A DNA stretch of 57,836 nt from Gammaproteobacteria bacterium (GCA_011052215.1 DRJK01000167.1:1-57836); one strand, 5' to 3'; numbered from the stretch's first letter, positions 38,635 to 49,011 are shown. The notes: generated by a model not told the origin, from the sequence alone. Translations and numbers: made by a program.

Positions 38635-39966
38635 ATGTCAAGAAGACGGCGTAAATCAGCAAAACTGTCTGCTGCCCCTGTCACTGTAAATATTGAGTCA
38701 CTGTCGCATGATGGCCGGGGTATTGCTCATGTTGATGACAAGGTTGTCTTTATCAATGGTGCACTACCTGGTGAACAGGTGCGTTTTCAGTATGTCAAAA
38801 CTCATCGTAACCATGACGAAGGGAAGGTTGTTGAAGTGCTTCGGGCCTCCGATGACCGGGTCGAGCCGGGCTGTGATTTCTTCTCGCTTTGTGGTGGATG
38901 CAGCATGCAACATGTGGCCACCGAAAAGCAGATTTATATCAAACAGGATATCATGTTAAACCATCTGTCCAGAACAGGGCATGTAAAACCCGGGAAGGTA
39001 TTACCACCGCTGGTGGCCGATCACTGGGGTTATCGGACCAAGGCCCGGCTGGGTGTTAAGTTCGTCAATAAAAAGGGCCGGGTACTGGTAGGGTTTCGTG
39101 AAAAGCATAGCCCTTTTCTTGCTGATATGGATCGGTGTGAAATACTTGATGCAAGGGTAGGACATAAACTGGATGTACTGGCAACGTGCATTGGTGATCT
39201 TGATAGCCGTGAAAAAATTGCCCAGATTGAAGTGGCAACAACGGAGGATGCAGTTGCATTAATTTTTCGTAATCTGGTCGAATTATCCAGAGATGACTGC
39301 GATCGCCTGATACGGTTAGCGAAAGACGAAGATTTTCATGTGTATCTTCAACCCGCGGGGCCTGAGAGTGTGACATTATTGTATCCAGCCAAATCAACAC
39401 TTTCCTATACACTCGTTGATTATGATATAAACATTCAGTTTCGACCGATGGATTTTACCCAGATTAATACTTCAATCAACAATCAAATGATCAGGCAGGC
39501 TCTGGATTTACTGGCTGTGTCTAAAGAGGATGATGTGCTGGATTTATTTTGCGGGCTGGGAAATTTCACACTGCCTGTCGCCAGAAATGCAACTTCGGTA
39601 GTCGGAGTGGAAGGTGATGCCGGGCTGATTGATCGTGCCCGGGAAAATGCAGAATTGAATAACGTATCCAATGCCGAATTTTTTGTGCATGACCTGTCAG
39701 TTGAGCCCGGGAATGCTTCCTGGTTCAAAAAGAAATATTCAAAAATATTACTGGATCCAGCCCGTCCCGGGGCACTTGAAATGATGGGGCATGTTGCCGG
39801 TATGGGCCCTGAACGAATTGTTTATGTATCCTGTAATCCTGCAACCCTGGCAAGGGATGCAGGTGAGCTGGTGAACCGCTATGGCTATCGTCTGGAGTCG
39901 GTTGGTGTCATGGATATGTTTCCACATACCGCACATATCGAATCGATGGCATTATTTGTAAAATAA
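38635..39966 (+). CDS. rlmD: 23S rRNA (uracil1939-C5)-methyltransferase
   Basis: 443 aa. TRAM N-terminus, Fe-S cysteines CDFFSLCGGCSMQH, SAM motif DLFCGLGNF, and catalytic YVSCNPATLARD. Confidence 0.93.
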   Translation: MSRRRRKSAKLSAAPVTVNIESLSHDGRGIAHVDDKVVFINGALPGEQVRFQYVKTHRNHDEGKVVEVLRASDDRVEPGCDFFSLCGGCSMQHVATEKQIYIKQDIMLNHLSRTGHVKPGKVLPPLVADHWGYRTKARLGVKFVNKKGRVLVGFREKHSPFLADMDRCEILDARVGHKLDVLATCIGDLDSREKIAQIEVATTEDAVALIFRNLVELSRDDCDRLIRLAKDEDFHVYLQPAGPESVTLLYPAKSTLSYTLVDYDINIQFRPMDFTQINTSINNQMIRQALDLLAVSKEDDVLDLFCGLGNFTLPVARNATSVVGVEGDAGLIDRARENAELNNVSNAEFFVHDLSVEPGNASWFKKKYSKILLDPARPGALEMMGHVAGMGPERIVYVSCNPATLARDAGELVNRYGYRLESVGVMDMFPHTAHIESMALFVK

Positions 39967-39973
39967 GTTCAGG

Positions 39974-40165
39974 TTGCCGCGTTAACTTGTAATGAATGTA
40001 GTTGAAACGTAATCGGCAAGTACGTTTTGAGCAAACCCGCAATCCGGACATGAAACCGGCAAGCCGGATCAAGATACGCAAAACATGCTGTCCAAGGTGG
40101 TTCGGCAGCCGCATCCGTGCGGCAGACGGTCTTTATTTGGTTAGCCCGCATTTCTCACATTTAAA
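39974..40165 (-). mobile_element. MITE-like element family 1, copy i (arm-A terminus decayed)
   Basis: TTGCCGCGTTAACTTGTAATGAATGTAGTTGAAACG ... CCGGACATGAAACCGGCAAGCCGGATCAAGA ... CAGCCGC-ATCCGT-GCGGCAG ... GGTCTTTATTTGGTTAGCCCGCATTTCTCACAT. Starts 8 nt after the rlmD stop. Confidence 0.8.
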
Positions 40166-40212
40166 TACCCGGGGTGTCAAACAAGGAACCACGTTCATGG
40201 AACACTGATATT

Positions 40213-40674
40213 TTATTTTTCCCCGGGTTTGTCTTCGGGAAAATCGATATAGTGGCCAACCAGGATTATATTGTCGGCCGATTCATCAGACGTGAAAGTG
40301 AATTTATGTATTGCATATTTTTTTGTATAAATGACCCGGTAGACCAGTACCGTTGTTGCCCGACTTCGGGTGCTGTAACCGTGTACGACATTGGAGGCGA
40401 CCAGCTTTCGTGATTGATAATCACCCAGTTCCTTGTCCAGTTTTTCGAGGGATTCCAGCCAGCGTTCCGGGGTAATACGCTCATAGAAACGTTGGTCATA
40501 GAAAGGCAGGACTTCAATAAATTTCTTTTCGGCCATCTTGTCGAGGATCTGGTCGGCAATGACCTGTGCATTTTGTTTGAAGACTTTATCCGAAGGTGTG
40601 CTACAGGCCGTCAGGAATACCATCAGGGAAACCGTCAGGATATAACAAAAACGTTTGATATTATTGCTGTACAT
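40213..40674 (-). CDS. Hypothetical lipoprotein
   Basis: 153 aa with ATG start. Signal peptide with lipobox LTAC-S. No family recognised. Confidence 0.6.
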   Translation of the reverse strand: MYSNNIKRFCYILTVSLMVFLTACSTPSDKVFKQNAQVIADQILDKMAEKKFIEVLPFYDQRFYERITPERWLESLEKLDKELGDYQSRKLVASNVVHGYSTRSRATTVLVYRVIYTKKYAIHKFTFTSDESADNIILVGHYIDFPEDKPGEK

Positions 40675-40842
40675 TTGACTGAAGACACATTTATTTCAGA
40701 AGACGTACTTTCATTCTAATAAAAAGTACGGGTTTTGAATATACCCTGTTGCTTAATATTACCTTGTTTTTAGACGGATAATTTACCTTGATTAGAAAAT
40801 ATGTGGTAAGTATTTGTAATAACAGATAAAATATCAGGCACA

Positions 40843-41316
40843 ATGGCGATTGAAATAGAACGGAAATTCCTGTTGGCGAATAATGGCTGGCGCAGGGATG
40901 CCGACAGCGGAACCCGGATCTGCCAGGGTTATATGACCGAGACCGGGCCGGCATCGGTGCGTGTTCGTATCGAGGGGGATCATGCCAACATAAATATAAA
41001 GAGTGCGACGCTGGATATGACCCGCCAGGAGTACGAATATCCGGTTCCCATGTCAGATGCCGAGTCAATGCTGGCACGGATCTGCCTCAAGCCTGTTATC
41101 GACAAAACGCGTTTCCACGTCAACTATCACGGCAAGTTGTGGGAGATCGATGTCTTTGAGGGTGACAATGAAGGCCTGGTGGTGGCGGAAATTGAGCTGA
41201 ACAGCGTCGATGAGCCTTTTGACCTGCCTCCGTGGGCAGGGCAGGAGGTCACACAAGAAAAACGCTATTACAATGTCTGCCTGGTGAAATATCCCTACAA
41301 GGACTGGCAATCCTGA
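40843..41316 (+). CDS. CYTH domain protein (triphosphate tunnel metalloenzyme)
   Basis: 157 aa. N-terminal EIERKFL signature. The stop overlaps the next start (TGATG). Confidence 0.85.
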   Translation: MAIEIERKFLLANNGWRRDADSGTRICQGYMTETGPASVRVRIEGDHANINIKSATLDMTRQEYEYPVPMSDAESMLARICLKPVIDKTRFHVNYHGKLWEIDVFEGDNEGLVVAEIELNSVDEPFDLPPWAGQEVTQEKRYYNVCLVKYPYKDWQS

Positions 41317-42794
41317 TGCGCACCCTGTTTGTTCTGTCCATTCTGATTGCAGTTTCGGCTTGCAGTCACCCTGAAAGTACCTCGATACGTTTCGGGCTTG
41401 CCAATGCCCCGATCAGCCTGGATCCCCGTTTTGCTACCGATGCCACATCGTCCAGAATCAATCGCCTGTTATACCAGCGACTGGTGGATTTTGATGACCG
41501 TCTAAGACCGGTGCCATCCATGGCAACCATGGTCAGATTGTCTGATACACACTATCGGTTTCATCTCAAGAAGAGCGGGCGCTTGTTTGATAACGGCAGC
41601 CGACTGACGGCAAGAGATGTGATGGCAACGTATCAATACGTTATGGACAGGAAGAATGCATCACCTCATCGTGGATCACTGGCCTCCATTAAAAGGATGG
41701 AAGTCATTAGTGACGATGAGATCGATTTTTTTCTCAGCAGAACAGACTCACTATTCCCGGGTTACCTGACAATCGGCATTCTCCCGAAAGAAGTCATTGA
41801 TAACAATATCAGCCTGGATCGACAATCACTGGGTAGTGGCCCGTTTCGTTTTGTTGACTGGCCGGGCAGCGGTAACCTCGTTATAGAAAGGCGATCAGAC
41901 AAACAACGGGTTGAGTTTATCCCGGTGAAGGATGCAACTGTACGTGTCCTGAAGTTACTCAGGGGCGAGATAGATTTATTACAGAATGATTTGCCGGTTG
42001 AATTGGTAAGCTATCTGAAAAAAAAGAACAAATTCAGGATCAGTGGCCGGCCGGGCAGTAATTTTACCTACCTTGGTTTGAATATGAGGGAACCGTTACT
42101 GCAGGATACTAATGTCAGGAAGGCCATTGCCTATGCAATAGACAGAAAAACCATTATCAAATATTTGCTTGGTAGTTACACCAGGGTGGCAAATGCCATT
42201 CTGACACCGGGACACTGGGCGGGGTATAAAGGCGGTACACCATATTCCTATAAGCCCGGGACAGCGCGCAGCCTGCTTGAACGCGCGGGGTATAACAAGG
42301 AAAATCCGTTGATTCTGGAATACAAGACATCCAGTGATCCATTGCGTATACGCATTGCCACCATCATACAAAAGCAACTGAAGGAGGTTGGCATTGAGGT
42401 CAGGCTGCGGAGCTTTGACTGGGCAACAGTTTACGGTGATATCAAGGAAGGGCGCTTCCAGTTATATTCATTGAGCTGGGTCGGGATAAAAAATCCGGAT
42501 ATTTTCAGATACGTTTTTCACAGTCAGTCTATACCGCCCAGGGGGGCCAATCGAGGTGCCTACAACAGCCTGGTTGTTGACCGGCTGATTGAGGAAGCGG
42601 ATCAGGCAGAGAATGATCGGCAAAGTTCAATCCTGTATCAGGAAATACAGAAAATTGTGCTGGATGAACTGCCCTATATTCCGCTATGGTATGAAGGACA
42701 AGTGCTGATTACAGCAAAAAGTATCGAGGATTACAGACTCATGCCTGACGGGAATTATGATGGCTTGCTTGATGTGAGGAAACAGAAACCGTAA
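41316..42794 (+). CDS. ABC transporter substrate-binding lipoprotein, peptide/nickel (family 5) type
   Basis: The ORF-track start 41232 overlaps the CYTH gene. ATG 41316 gives MRTLFVLSILIAVSAC-S (lipobox), 492 aa. DppA/OppA-like length and pattern. Confidence 0.85.
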   Translation: MRTLFVLSILIAVSACSHPESTSIRFGLANAPISLDPRFATDATSSRINRLLYQRLVDFDDRLRPVPSMATMVRLSDTHYRFHLKKSGRLFDNGSRLTARDVMATYQYVMDRKNASPHRGSLASIKRMEVISDDEIDFFLSRTDSLFPGYLTIGILPKEVIDNNISLDRQSLGSGPFRFVDWPGSGNLVIERRSDKQRVEFIPVKDATVRVLKLLRGEIDLLQNDLPVELVSYLKKKNKFRISGRPGSNFTYLGLNMREPLLQDTNVRKAIAYAIDRKTIIKYLLGSYTRVANAILTPGHWAGYKGGTPYSYKPGTARSLLERAGYNKENPLILEYKTSSDPLRIRIATIIQKQLKEVGIEVRLRSFDWATVYGDIKEGRFQLYSLSWVGIKNPDIFRYVFHSQSIPPRGANRGAYNSLVVDRLIEEADQAENDRQSSILYQEIQKIVLDELPYIPLWYEGQVLITAKSIEDYRLMPDGNYDGLLDVRKQKP

Positions 42795-43723
42795 TGCTGA
42801 AGTTATTGTTAGCAAGGCTGTTCAGTACCTGCATTGTTGTCCTGGGTGTCGTGGTCATGGTTTTTTTCCTTATCCATTTTGTCCCGGGTGACCCTGTTGA
42901 TATCATGCTGGGTGACAATGCGTTACCGGCAGACAGGGAAGCACTTCGTGAAGCCCTCGGGCTGAATTTGCCGTTGGCCAGCCAGTTGCTTTCCTATTTC
43001 AGCAATCTTCTACAAGGTGATCTGGGCATGTCGATTCATAACCGGATTCCTGTCCTGGATTTACTGGTCGATCGATTACCGGCAACAATTGAACTGGCAC
43101 TGGCATCCTTGCTGATATCAATAATGATTGCATTTCCACTGGGAATTGTTGCGGCCCTTAAAAAAGGGGAGGCAGTTGACAAAATGGCCATGGGGCTTTC
43201 CATGTTGGGGGTGTCCATACCCAATTTTTTGCTGGGCCCGGTATTAATTCTTGTATTCTCAATAGGGGCAGGCTGGTTTCCGGTCAGCGGCCGTGACGGG
43301 TTCGGATCACTGGTGTTGCCTGCCATCACACTGGGGACGGCATTGGCCGCAGTACTGTCGCGTATGATCCGCAGTACCTTGCTTGAAGTTCTGCATGAAG
43401 ACTACATAAGAACAGCCAGGGCGAAGGGCTGCAGCTGGCTGCAAGTGGTCACCCATCATGCATTACGAAATGCCATGTTGCCGATTATTACCTTGCTGGG
43501 TTTGCAACTGGGAGTCTTGCTGGGTGGAGCCGTTATTACCGAAACAGTATTTGCCTGGCCAGGAATAGGCAAACTGACCATTGATGCCATTAATACCCGG
43601 GATTATCCTGTTCTGCAGGCCTGTGTGTTATTGATCAGTTTAACCTATGTTGTGGTAAACATGGTGACCGATCTGGTCTACGGGTGGATAGATCCACGCA
43701 TCCGTCTGGGAGGAACGCTGTGA
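42794..43723 (+). CDS. ABC transporter permease (DppB/OppB-like)
   Basis: 309 aa with six TM helices. EAA-type loop EDYIRTARAKG. The start overlaps the upstream stop (TAATG). Confidence 0.9.
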   Translation: MLKLLLARLFSTCIVVLGVVVMVFFLIHFVPGDPVDIMLGDNALPADREALREALGLNLPLASQLLSYFSNLLQGDLGMSIHNRIPVLDLLVDRLPATIELALASLLISIMIAFPLGIVAALKKGEAVDKMAMGLSMLGVSIPNFLLGPVLILVFSIGAGWFPVSGRDGFGSLVLPAITLGTALAAVLSRMIRSTLLEVLHEDYIRTARAKGCSWLQVVTHHALRNAMLPIITLLGLQLGVLLGGAVITETVFAWPGIGKLTIDAINTRDYPVLQACVLLISLTYVVVNMVTDLVYGWIDPRIRLGGTL

Positions 43724-44535
43724 AGCATTTTGGCTGGTCGGTGTGGGTGCTGGTCGCCTGGGTGGCGCTGTCGGTTTTCGGGCAGATTATTTCAATCGAC
43801 AGCACCGGGATAGAAGTGAAACACATACTGAATGGACCGAGCTGGCAAAGCTGGTTCGGCTATGATGATCTGGGCAGGTCTGTATTTAACCGATTGTTAT
43901 CGGGGTCCTATACATCCTGTGTTGTTTCATTAACAGTGATCACCATATCTGTTTCTGTCGGCACAATAATAGGAACCATCAGCGGTTACCTGGGCGGTTT
44001 TGTTGATACGGTGATTGTCCGGATTATTGATATCTTTCTGGCCTTTCCAGGCATCTTGCTGGCCATTGCGCTGGCTGGAATAATGGGCTCGGGTGTCGAT
44101 AATGTCGTGATTGCGCTTTCTATTGTCGGCTGGGTGGGGTTTGCCCGGCTGGCTCGTGCGCAAACGTTGTCTATCAAGCATCGTGAACATGTGCTGGCCG
44201 CAGAGGCAATGGGAACACGGCGCCGTATGATTATCGTCAGGCACCTCATTCCGCTGATCAGTACACCGATTATGGTAGAGGCGACGTTCGGTGTTGCCTC
44301 CGTGATTATAGCCGAAGCAGGGTTGTCATTTCTGGGTCTGGGTGTGCAGGCACCGGATGCTTCATGGGGAAGCATGATCAGGGATGGTACACGCTACATG
44401 CTGATTGCTCCCCATCTGGTTTTAATTCCGGGGGTGGTTCTGATGTCAGTCGTACTTTCAGTTAACCTCGCCGGCGACCGCTTGCGCGACTGGATGGATG
44501 TTAAAACCCGGTTTGATGGAAACAAGGCAAACTGA
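43720..44535 (+). CDS. ABC transporter permease (DppC/OppC-like)
   Basis: GTG 43720 overlaps the upstream stop (GTGA) and is preceded by GGGAGGA. 271 aa. Loop motif EHVLAAEAMG. Confidence 0.88.
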   Translation: MKHFGWSVWVLVAWVALSVFGQIISIDSTGIEVKHILNGPSWQSWFGYDDLGRSVFNRLLSGSYTSCVVSLTVITISVSVGTIIGTISGYLGGFVDTVIVRIIDIFLAFPGILLAIALAGIMGSGVDNVVIALSIVGWVGFARLARAQTLSIKHREHVLAAEAMGTRRRMIIVRHLIPLISTPIMVEATFGVASVIIAEAGLSFLGLGVQAPDASWGSMIRDGTRYMLIAPHLVLIPGVVLMSVVLSVNLAGDRLRDWMDVKTRFDGNKAN

Positions 44536-45584
44536 TGTCGCTGGGACCCGTCATGGTGGATCTGCAAGGGGCGGCCCTTCTGCCTGAAGAACGCGAGATG
44601 TTGTCGCATCCCCTGGTAGGGGGTGTAATCCTGTTTAGTCGTAATTTTGAATCGATTGAACAACTACAAGGGCTGGTGCAGGAGATACATCTGCTCAGAA
44701 GCCCACGTTTACTGGTGGCAGTCGATCAGGAAGGGGGCCGCGTCCAGCGGTTTCGTGATGGATTTACCCGTTTGCCTGCTGTTCGCCGTCTGGGCGAAAT
44801 CCATCAGAAAAATCCACGTCATGCGCGCCATCTGGCCGAGACAACAGGCTGGCTGATGGCATCGGAATTATTGTCAATGGGTATCGACATCAGCTTTGCA
44901 CCGGTGCTGGACCTGGATTATGGCATTAGCACAGTGATCGGGGACAGGGCATTTGACCGGTCAGCGGAGACAGTATCTGATCTTGCCCATGCCTATATGA
45001 TCGGTATGCGCAAGGCCGGCATGGCAGCAACCGGCAAACATTTTCCTGGTCATGGTGCCGTGCATGCAGACTCACATACTGATTTACCTGTCGATACCCG
45101 CCCTTATGAAGACCTGGTAAATGAAGACCTGCTGCCCTTTGAAAGACTGATTCATTATGATATCTCCGCGATCATGGTGGCGCATGTTGTTTTTAGCCGG
45201 GTTGATAACAGACCTGCCAGTTTTTCCCCTGTGTGGATCAGGGAAATACTGAGGGATAGACTGGGATTTGAAGGCGCTGTTTTCAGTGATGATCTTTCCA
45301 TGGTGGCAGCGCATGGTGCCGGATGCTGCACAGAACGGGCACACGAGGCAATACAAGCCGGATGTGATATGGTGCTGGTATGTAATTCGCCTGAAGACAG
45401 GAATGAGGTCTTGTCAGAACTGAAAGGGGCAGAAAGCCCGGTGAGTCACCTGCGCTTGATTCGCATGCATGGTAAATTTAAAATGAACCGGGACGAACTA
45501 TATGCAAGCAAGGCCTGGTTATCTGCAGTTGAAGTTGTTAACAGTTACGAGCCTTCACCACTTCTGGATATGGATATGGAGTAA
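44535..45584 (+). CDS. nagZ: Beta-N-acetylhexosaminidase (peptidoglycan recycling)
   Basis: 349 aa. AVDQEGGRVQRF, KHFPGHG and FSDDLSM motifs. The start overlaps the permease stop (TGATG). Confidence 0.95.
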   Translation: MSLGPVMVDLQGAALLPEEREMLSHPLVGGVILFSRNFESIEQLQGLVQEIHLLRSPRLLVAVDQEGGRVQRFRDGFTRLPAVRRLGEIHQKNPRHARHLAETTGWLMASELLSMGIDISFAPVLDLDYGISTVIGDRAFDRSAETVSDLAHAYMIGMRKAGMAATGKHFPGHGAVHADSHTDLPVDTRPYEDLVNEDLLPFERLIHYDISAIMVAHVVFSRVDNRPASFSPVWIREILRDRLGFEGAVFSDDLSMVAAHGAGCCTERAHEAIQAGCDMVLVCNSPEDRNEVLSELKGAESPVSHLRLIRMHGKFKMNRDELYASKAWLSAVEVVNSYEPSPLLDMDME

Positions 45585-45609
45585 CAGGTATGATTGATGA
45601 GGAAGTAAA

Positions 45610-46725
45610 ATGGATGTAGGTACGATGTGGAGTGAGACTGTTCAATGGTTGCAAGTCGGGGGTGGCTGGGTATTGCAGGTCTTCCTGGTTATTCTGGCCT
45701 CACTGGTATTTAATTTTATTTTCAAGCGCGTACTCAAACGACTCAAATCCAGGCTGGAGATGACCCGCAATCCCTGGGATGATTCCCTGGTCGACGCACT
45801 CCAGAGCCCCTTATCCACACTGATATGGATTCTGGGTATATCATTTGCAGCGGAGATTGTTCAGGCCCAGACCAAGGCGGTGATCTTTGAGGCTGTGGAC
45901 CCAATCAGGGATGTGGGGGTTATTATTGTCATCACCTGGTTCCTGATTCGTTTTGCCAAACGTGTTGAAGAAAATATTATTCTGCATTCCAGAGAGGCAA
46001 ACAAGGAAATTGATGTTACCACGGTTGATGCAATAGCCAAGCTGATCCGTATCTCGATATTTATCACTGCATCATTGGTCGCATTGCAGACCATGGGCTA
46101 CAGTGTTTCAGGTGTGCTGGCATTTGGTGGTATAGGCGGTGTTGCCATCGGTTTTGCAGCCAAGGATCTGTTGGCCAACTTTTTTGGCGGCTTGATGATT
46201 TACATGGACAGGCCCTTTGCAGTGGGTGACTGGATACGGTCGCCTGATCGCAATATCGAAGGAACCGTTGAGGCCATAGGCTGGCGGTTGAGCCGCATAC
46301 GCACCTTTGACAAGCGTCCACTATATATCCCGAATTCAACCTTTGCCAGCATCGCCGTTGAAAACCCGTCAAGAATGTCTCATCGCAGAATCTATGAAAC
46401 CATAGGTGTCAGGTATAATGATGCAGGCAAGCTGCCAGCTATAATAGATAAAGTAAAAGCATATCTGAGGCAACACACAGAAATAGACCAGTCACAAACC
46501 ATGATTGTTAATTTTAATCAATTTGCTGCATCATCGCTTGATTTTTTTGTGTACACGTTTACAAATACCACAGACTGGATAAAATACCACGAAGTGAAGC
46601 AGGATGTATTGCTCGGGATTCTGGCTATTATTGAGCAGGAAGGGGCGGAATGTGCGTTCCCCACTTCAACAATTCATGTGCCGGAAGAAGTCAGCATTGA
46701 TATAAAACAAAAAGGCCAGGTATAA
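45610..46725 (+). CDS. Mechanosensitive ion channel family protein (MscS family)
   Basis: 371 aa. N-terminal TM helices, a pore-helix region GGIGGVAIGFAAKDLLANFFGG, and the beta-domain motif PFAVGDWI. Confidence 0.88.
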   Translation: MDVGTMWSETVQWLQVGGGWVLQVFLVILASLVFNFIFKRVLKRLKSRLEMTRNPWDDSLVDALQSPLSTLIWILGISFAAEIVQAQTKAVIFEAVDPIRDVGVIIVITWFLIRFAKRVEENIILHSREANKEIDVTTVDAIAKLIRISIFITASLVALQTMGYSVSGVLAFGGIGGVAIGFAAKDLLANFFGGLMIYMDRPFAVGDWIRSPDRNIEGTVEAIGWRLSRIRTFDKRPLYIPNSTFASIAVENPSRMSHRRIYETIGVRYNDAGKLPAIIDKVKAYLRQHTEIDQSQTMIVNFNQFAASSLDFFVYTFTNTTDWIKYHEVKQDVLLGILAIIEQEGAECAFPTSTIHVPEEVSIDIKQKGQV

Positions 46726-46726
46726 A

Positions 46727-47278
46727 GTGGATATAACGACAGATCATGCCAGGGATGTGTACTCAAAAGCAATGTGCCTGTATAAAAAGGATGAAGTGGA
46801 GCGGGCCATTACACGCATGGCAGAAGAAATATCAGACTGCCTTGTTGACACCAATCCTTTAGTCATCTCGGTCATGAACGGAGGCCTGATTTTGACAGGT
46901 TATCTCCTGACCATGCTGGATTTCCCGCTACAATCCGATTACCTGCACGCGACACGTTACCGGGGTAAAACAACCGGAAGTGACCTGGACTGGATAGTCA
47001 GGCCGCAACATTCACTCCGGGACAGGACAGTTCTTGTTGTTGATGATATTCTCGATGAAGGCATCACTCTGGACAGCATAATGGAGTATTGCAGATCCGA
47101 GGGGGTCAGCCGGGTATACAGTTGTGTACTGGTTGAGAAAGCACATGACAGAAAACCCGGATACAACAAGGCCGATTTCACCGGGCTGACTGTAGAAGAC
47201 AAGTACGTATTCGGTTTTGGTATGGACTACAAGGGTTACTTGCGTAATGCGCCTGGTATTTACGCAGTAAATGAATAA
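46727..47278 (+). CDS. hpt: Hypoxanthine-guanine phosphoribosyltransferase
   Basis: 183 aa with GTG start. PRPP-binding motif VLVVDDILDEGITL. Confidence 0.85.
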   Translation: MDITTDHARDVYSKAMCLYKKDEVERAITRMAEEISDCLVDTNPLVISVMNGGLILTGYLLTMLDFPLQSDYLHATRYRGKTTGSDLDWIVRPQHSLRDRTVLVVDDILDEGITLDSIMEYCRSEGVSRVYSCVLVEKAHDRKPGYNKADFTGLTVEDKYVFGFGMDYKGYLRNAPGIYAVNE

Positions 47279-47304
47279 CGGTTTATTTATACAAGGGGTT
47301 TCCA

Positions 47305-48045
47305 TTGAACGTTGATATTGCTGTTATTGGCGGTACAGGTCTTAATACTATAAAAGGGTTGACGATCACACATCGGGAGATGGTCAATACCCCTTACGGG
47401 CAGCCATCATCCCCGTTAATATTTGGTGAAGTGTGCGGTTGTACTATTGTGTTTCTGGCACGACATGGCAGTGGCCATACGATACCGCCACATCAGGTAA
47501 ATTACCGGGCCAACTTGTGGGCATTAAAGGAGAGCGGGGTAAAAAAAATCATCGCGGTCGCGGCAGTAGGTGGTATGCGAGACGACATGAAGCCCGGCAA
47601 GATCGTGTTTCCTGACCAGATCATTGATTACACATGGTCCAGAGACAGCACCTATCATGAAGGTCATCAGGACGTTAAACACATTGACTTCACTTACCCT
47701 TATTGTGAAGAAGTACGGGCCTTGCTTATCAACGGTGCAAAAAAAGCCGGGCTGGATCCAACTATAGATGGTACCTATGGTGCAACCCAGGGACCCAGGC
47801 TGGAAACAGCCGCTGAAATCCGTCGCATGGTACGGGATGGCTGCGACATTGTCGGCATGACCGGGATGCCGGAAGCGGCACTGGCACGTGAACTCGACCT
47901 TTGTTATGCAACCTGTGCCGTGGTTGCCAACTGGGCAGCAGGTAAACAAAGCGAAGTGATCAGCATGAAAGTCATAGAGGAAAATTTGAAGATTGGAATG
48001 GACAAGGTAAGGAAGCTCCTTGAGGAATCCTTACCGCAGTTATAG
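47305..48045 (+). CDS. mtnP: S-methyl-5'-thioadenosine / thioinosine phosphorylase
   Basis: 246 aa. TTG start preceded by AAGGGG. Motifs IGGTGL, FLARHGSGHTIPPHQVNYRANLWAL and GMTGMPEA. Confidence 0.85.
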   Translation: MNVDIAVIGGTGLNTIKGLTITHREMVNTPYGQPSSPLIFGEVCGCTIVFLARHGSGHTIPPHQVNYRANLWALKESGVKKIIAVAAVGGMRDDMKPGKIVFPDQIIDYTWSRDSTYHEGHQDVKHIDFTYPYCEEVRALLINGAKKAGLDPTIDGTYGATQGPRLETAAEIRRMVRDGCDIVGMTGMPEAALARELDLCYATCAVVANWAAGKQSEVISMKVIEENLKIGMDKVRKLLEESLPQL

Positions 48046-48076
48046 CAGAGAGCATTGTTCACGCTCCGGAAATGCG

Positions 48077-48994
48077 TTAGTGAATATCCTGCAAGTCGGG
48101 TTTTTTGTATGGAAGTGAGTAGATCAGTATCCCGAAACTGGGGTTATCAATGTAATGCAGTTCCTTGCTGCGCATTCTCCGATGGCTTTGATAGCGCAAT
48201 GATTTAAGCAGTGTATATTCGGGATTATTATCTATCAGGGCCGGGTTATCCTGACCCGGAAGCGGGATCCTGAAAACCAGGTCTGTCCAGACATGCAAAT
48301 ACCTGCCAATGGAAACTGTCAGTGTTCCTTCCAGTTGAGGAACGATCTGGGGAATCATCGGAGTTGAGAATAAATCAGGGTCGGTTACCGGGGCGGCAGT
48401 ATCGACTGATAGATCATCAGGGTCCGCTATGGGCGAAGTATTATCCGTGTTATTGCCCGAATTTTCAGGTTTTATGTCCACACTGTAGATCCGGTCAGGA
48501 GCGGGCATGGTTGTTGAAAGTATGTCATAGGCAGGGTCGGGAACCAGTGTTGTATATTCGTCACCCAGTCTTAGTACAATCGGTCTGGCTGTTTCTTTCG
48601 GGTACATGGCCTGAACCCAGCCGGCATGTAGAAGCAGTTTTCTTGAAGATGATCTGCTGACAGCGTTGGCCTCCTTGTTCAGCAGCAGTTCTTCCTTGCC
48701 AAGTTGCCGGTAGCCATTCTGAATCGGTTCATTCTGAATCGGGTCAGGTTCACTTTCTCCTGGTAGCTTGTCTGTCTCCCGTGGTTCAGTGGATATCAGG
48801 GCCAACTGGTTTTCATAATCAGGCAGGCCCGGTTTATCTGGCCATGTTTCCGATTCTATATTTTTCAGATTTGTATACTGGAAAATAATTATCTCGAACT
48901 GATATTGCCGGGGTTCTGCTGCCAGAGAAATCGACGGGAGTAATAAGCACAATAGTATCGGGAGACAATATTTGGGGGCCATGTTAATCATCAT
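48077..48994 (-). CDS. Secreted CsiV-like family protein
   Basis: 305 aa. Signal peptide, then the YQFEIIIFQY motif, and a position next to mfd, as for CsiV-family genes in other gammaproteobacteria. The family call is tentative. Confidence 0.45.
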   Translation of the reverse strand: MMINMAPKYCLPILLCLLLPSISLAAEPRQYQFEIIIFQYTNLKNIESETWPDKPGLPDYENQLALISTEPRETDKLPGESEPDPIQNEPIQNGYRQLGKEELLLNKEANAVSRSSSRKLLLHAGWVQAMYPKETARPIVLRLGDEYTTLVPDPAYDILSTTMPAPDRIYSVDIKPENSGNNTDNTSPIADPDDLSVDTAAPVTDPDLFSTPMIPQIVPQLEGTLTVSIGRYLHVWTDLVFRIPLPGQDNPALIDNNPEYTLLKSLRYQSHRRMRSKELHYIDNPSFGILIYSLPYKKPDLQDIH

Positions 48995-49011
48995 GTCTGG
49001 TATAGTAAATG

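Noticed and set aside
40704-40736. Terminator-like hairpin CGTACTTT-N11-AAAGTACG followed by GGTTTT on the + strand, in the lipoprotein / CYTH divergent spacer.
   Set aside because: No + strand gene ends nearby. The stem is AT-rich and the T-run short. It could be a small antisense RNA end or a chance palindrome, and I cannot support a feature call from sequence alone.
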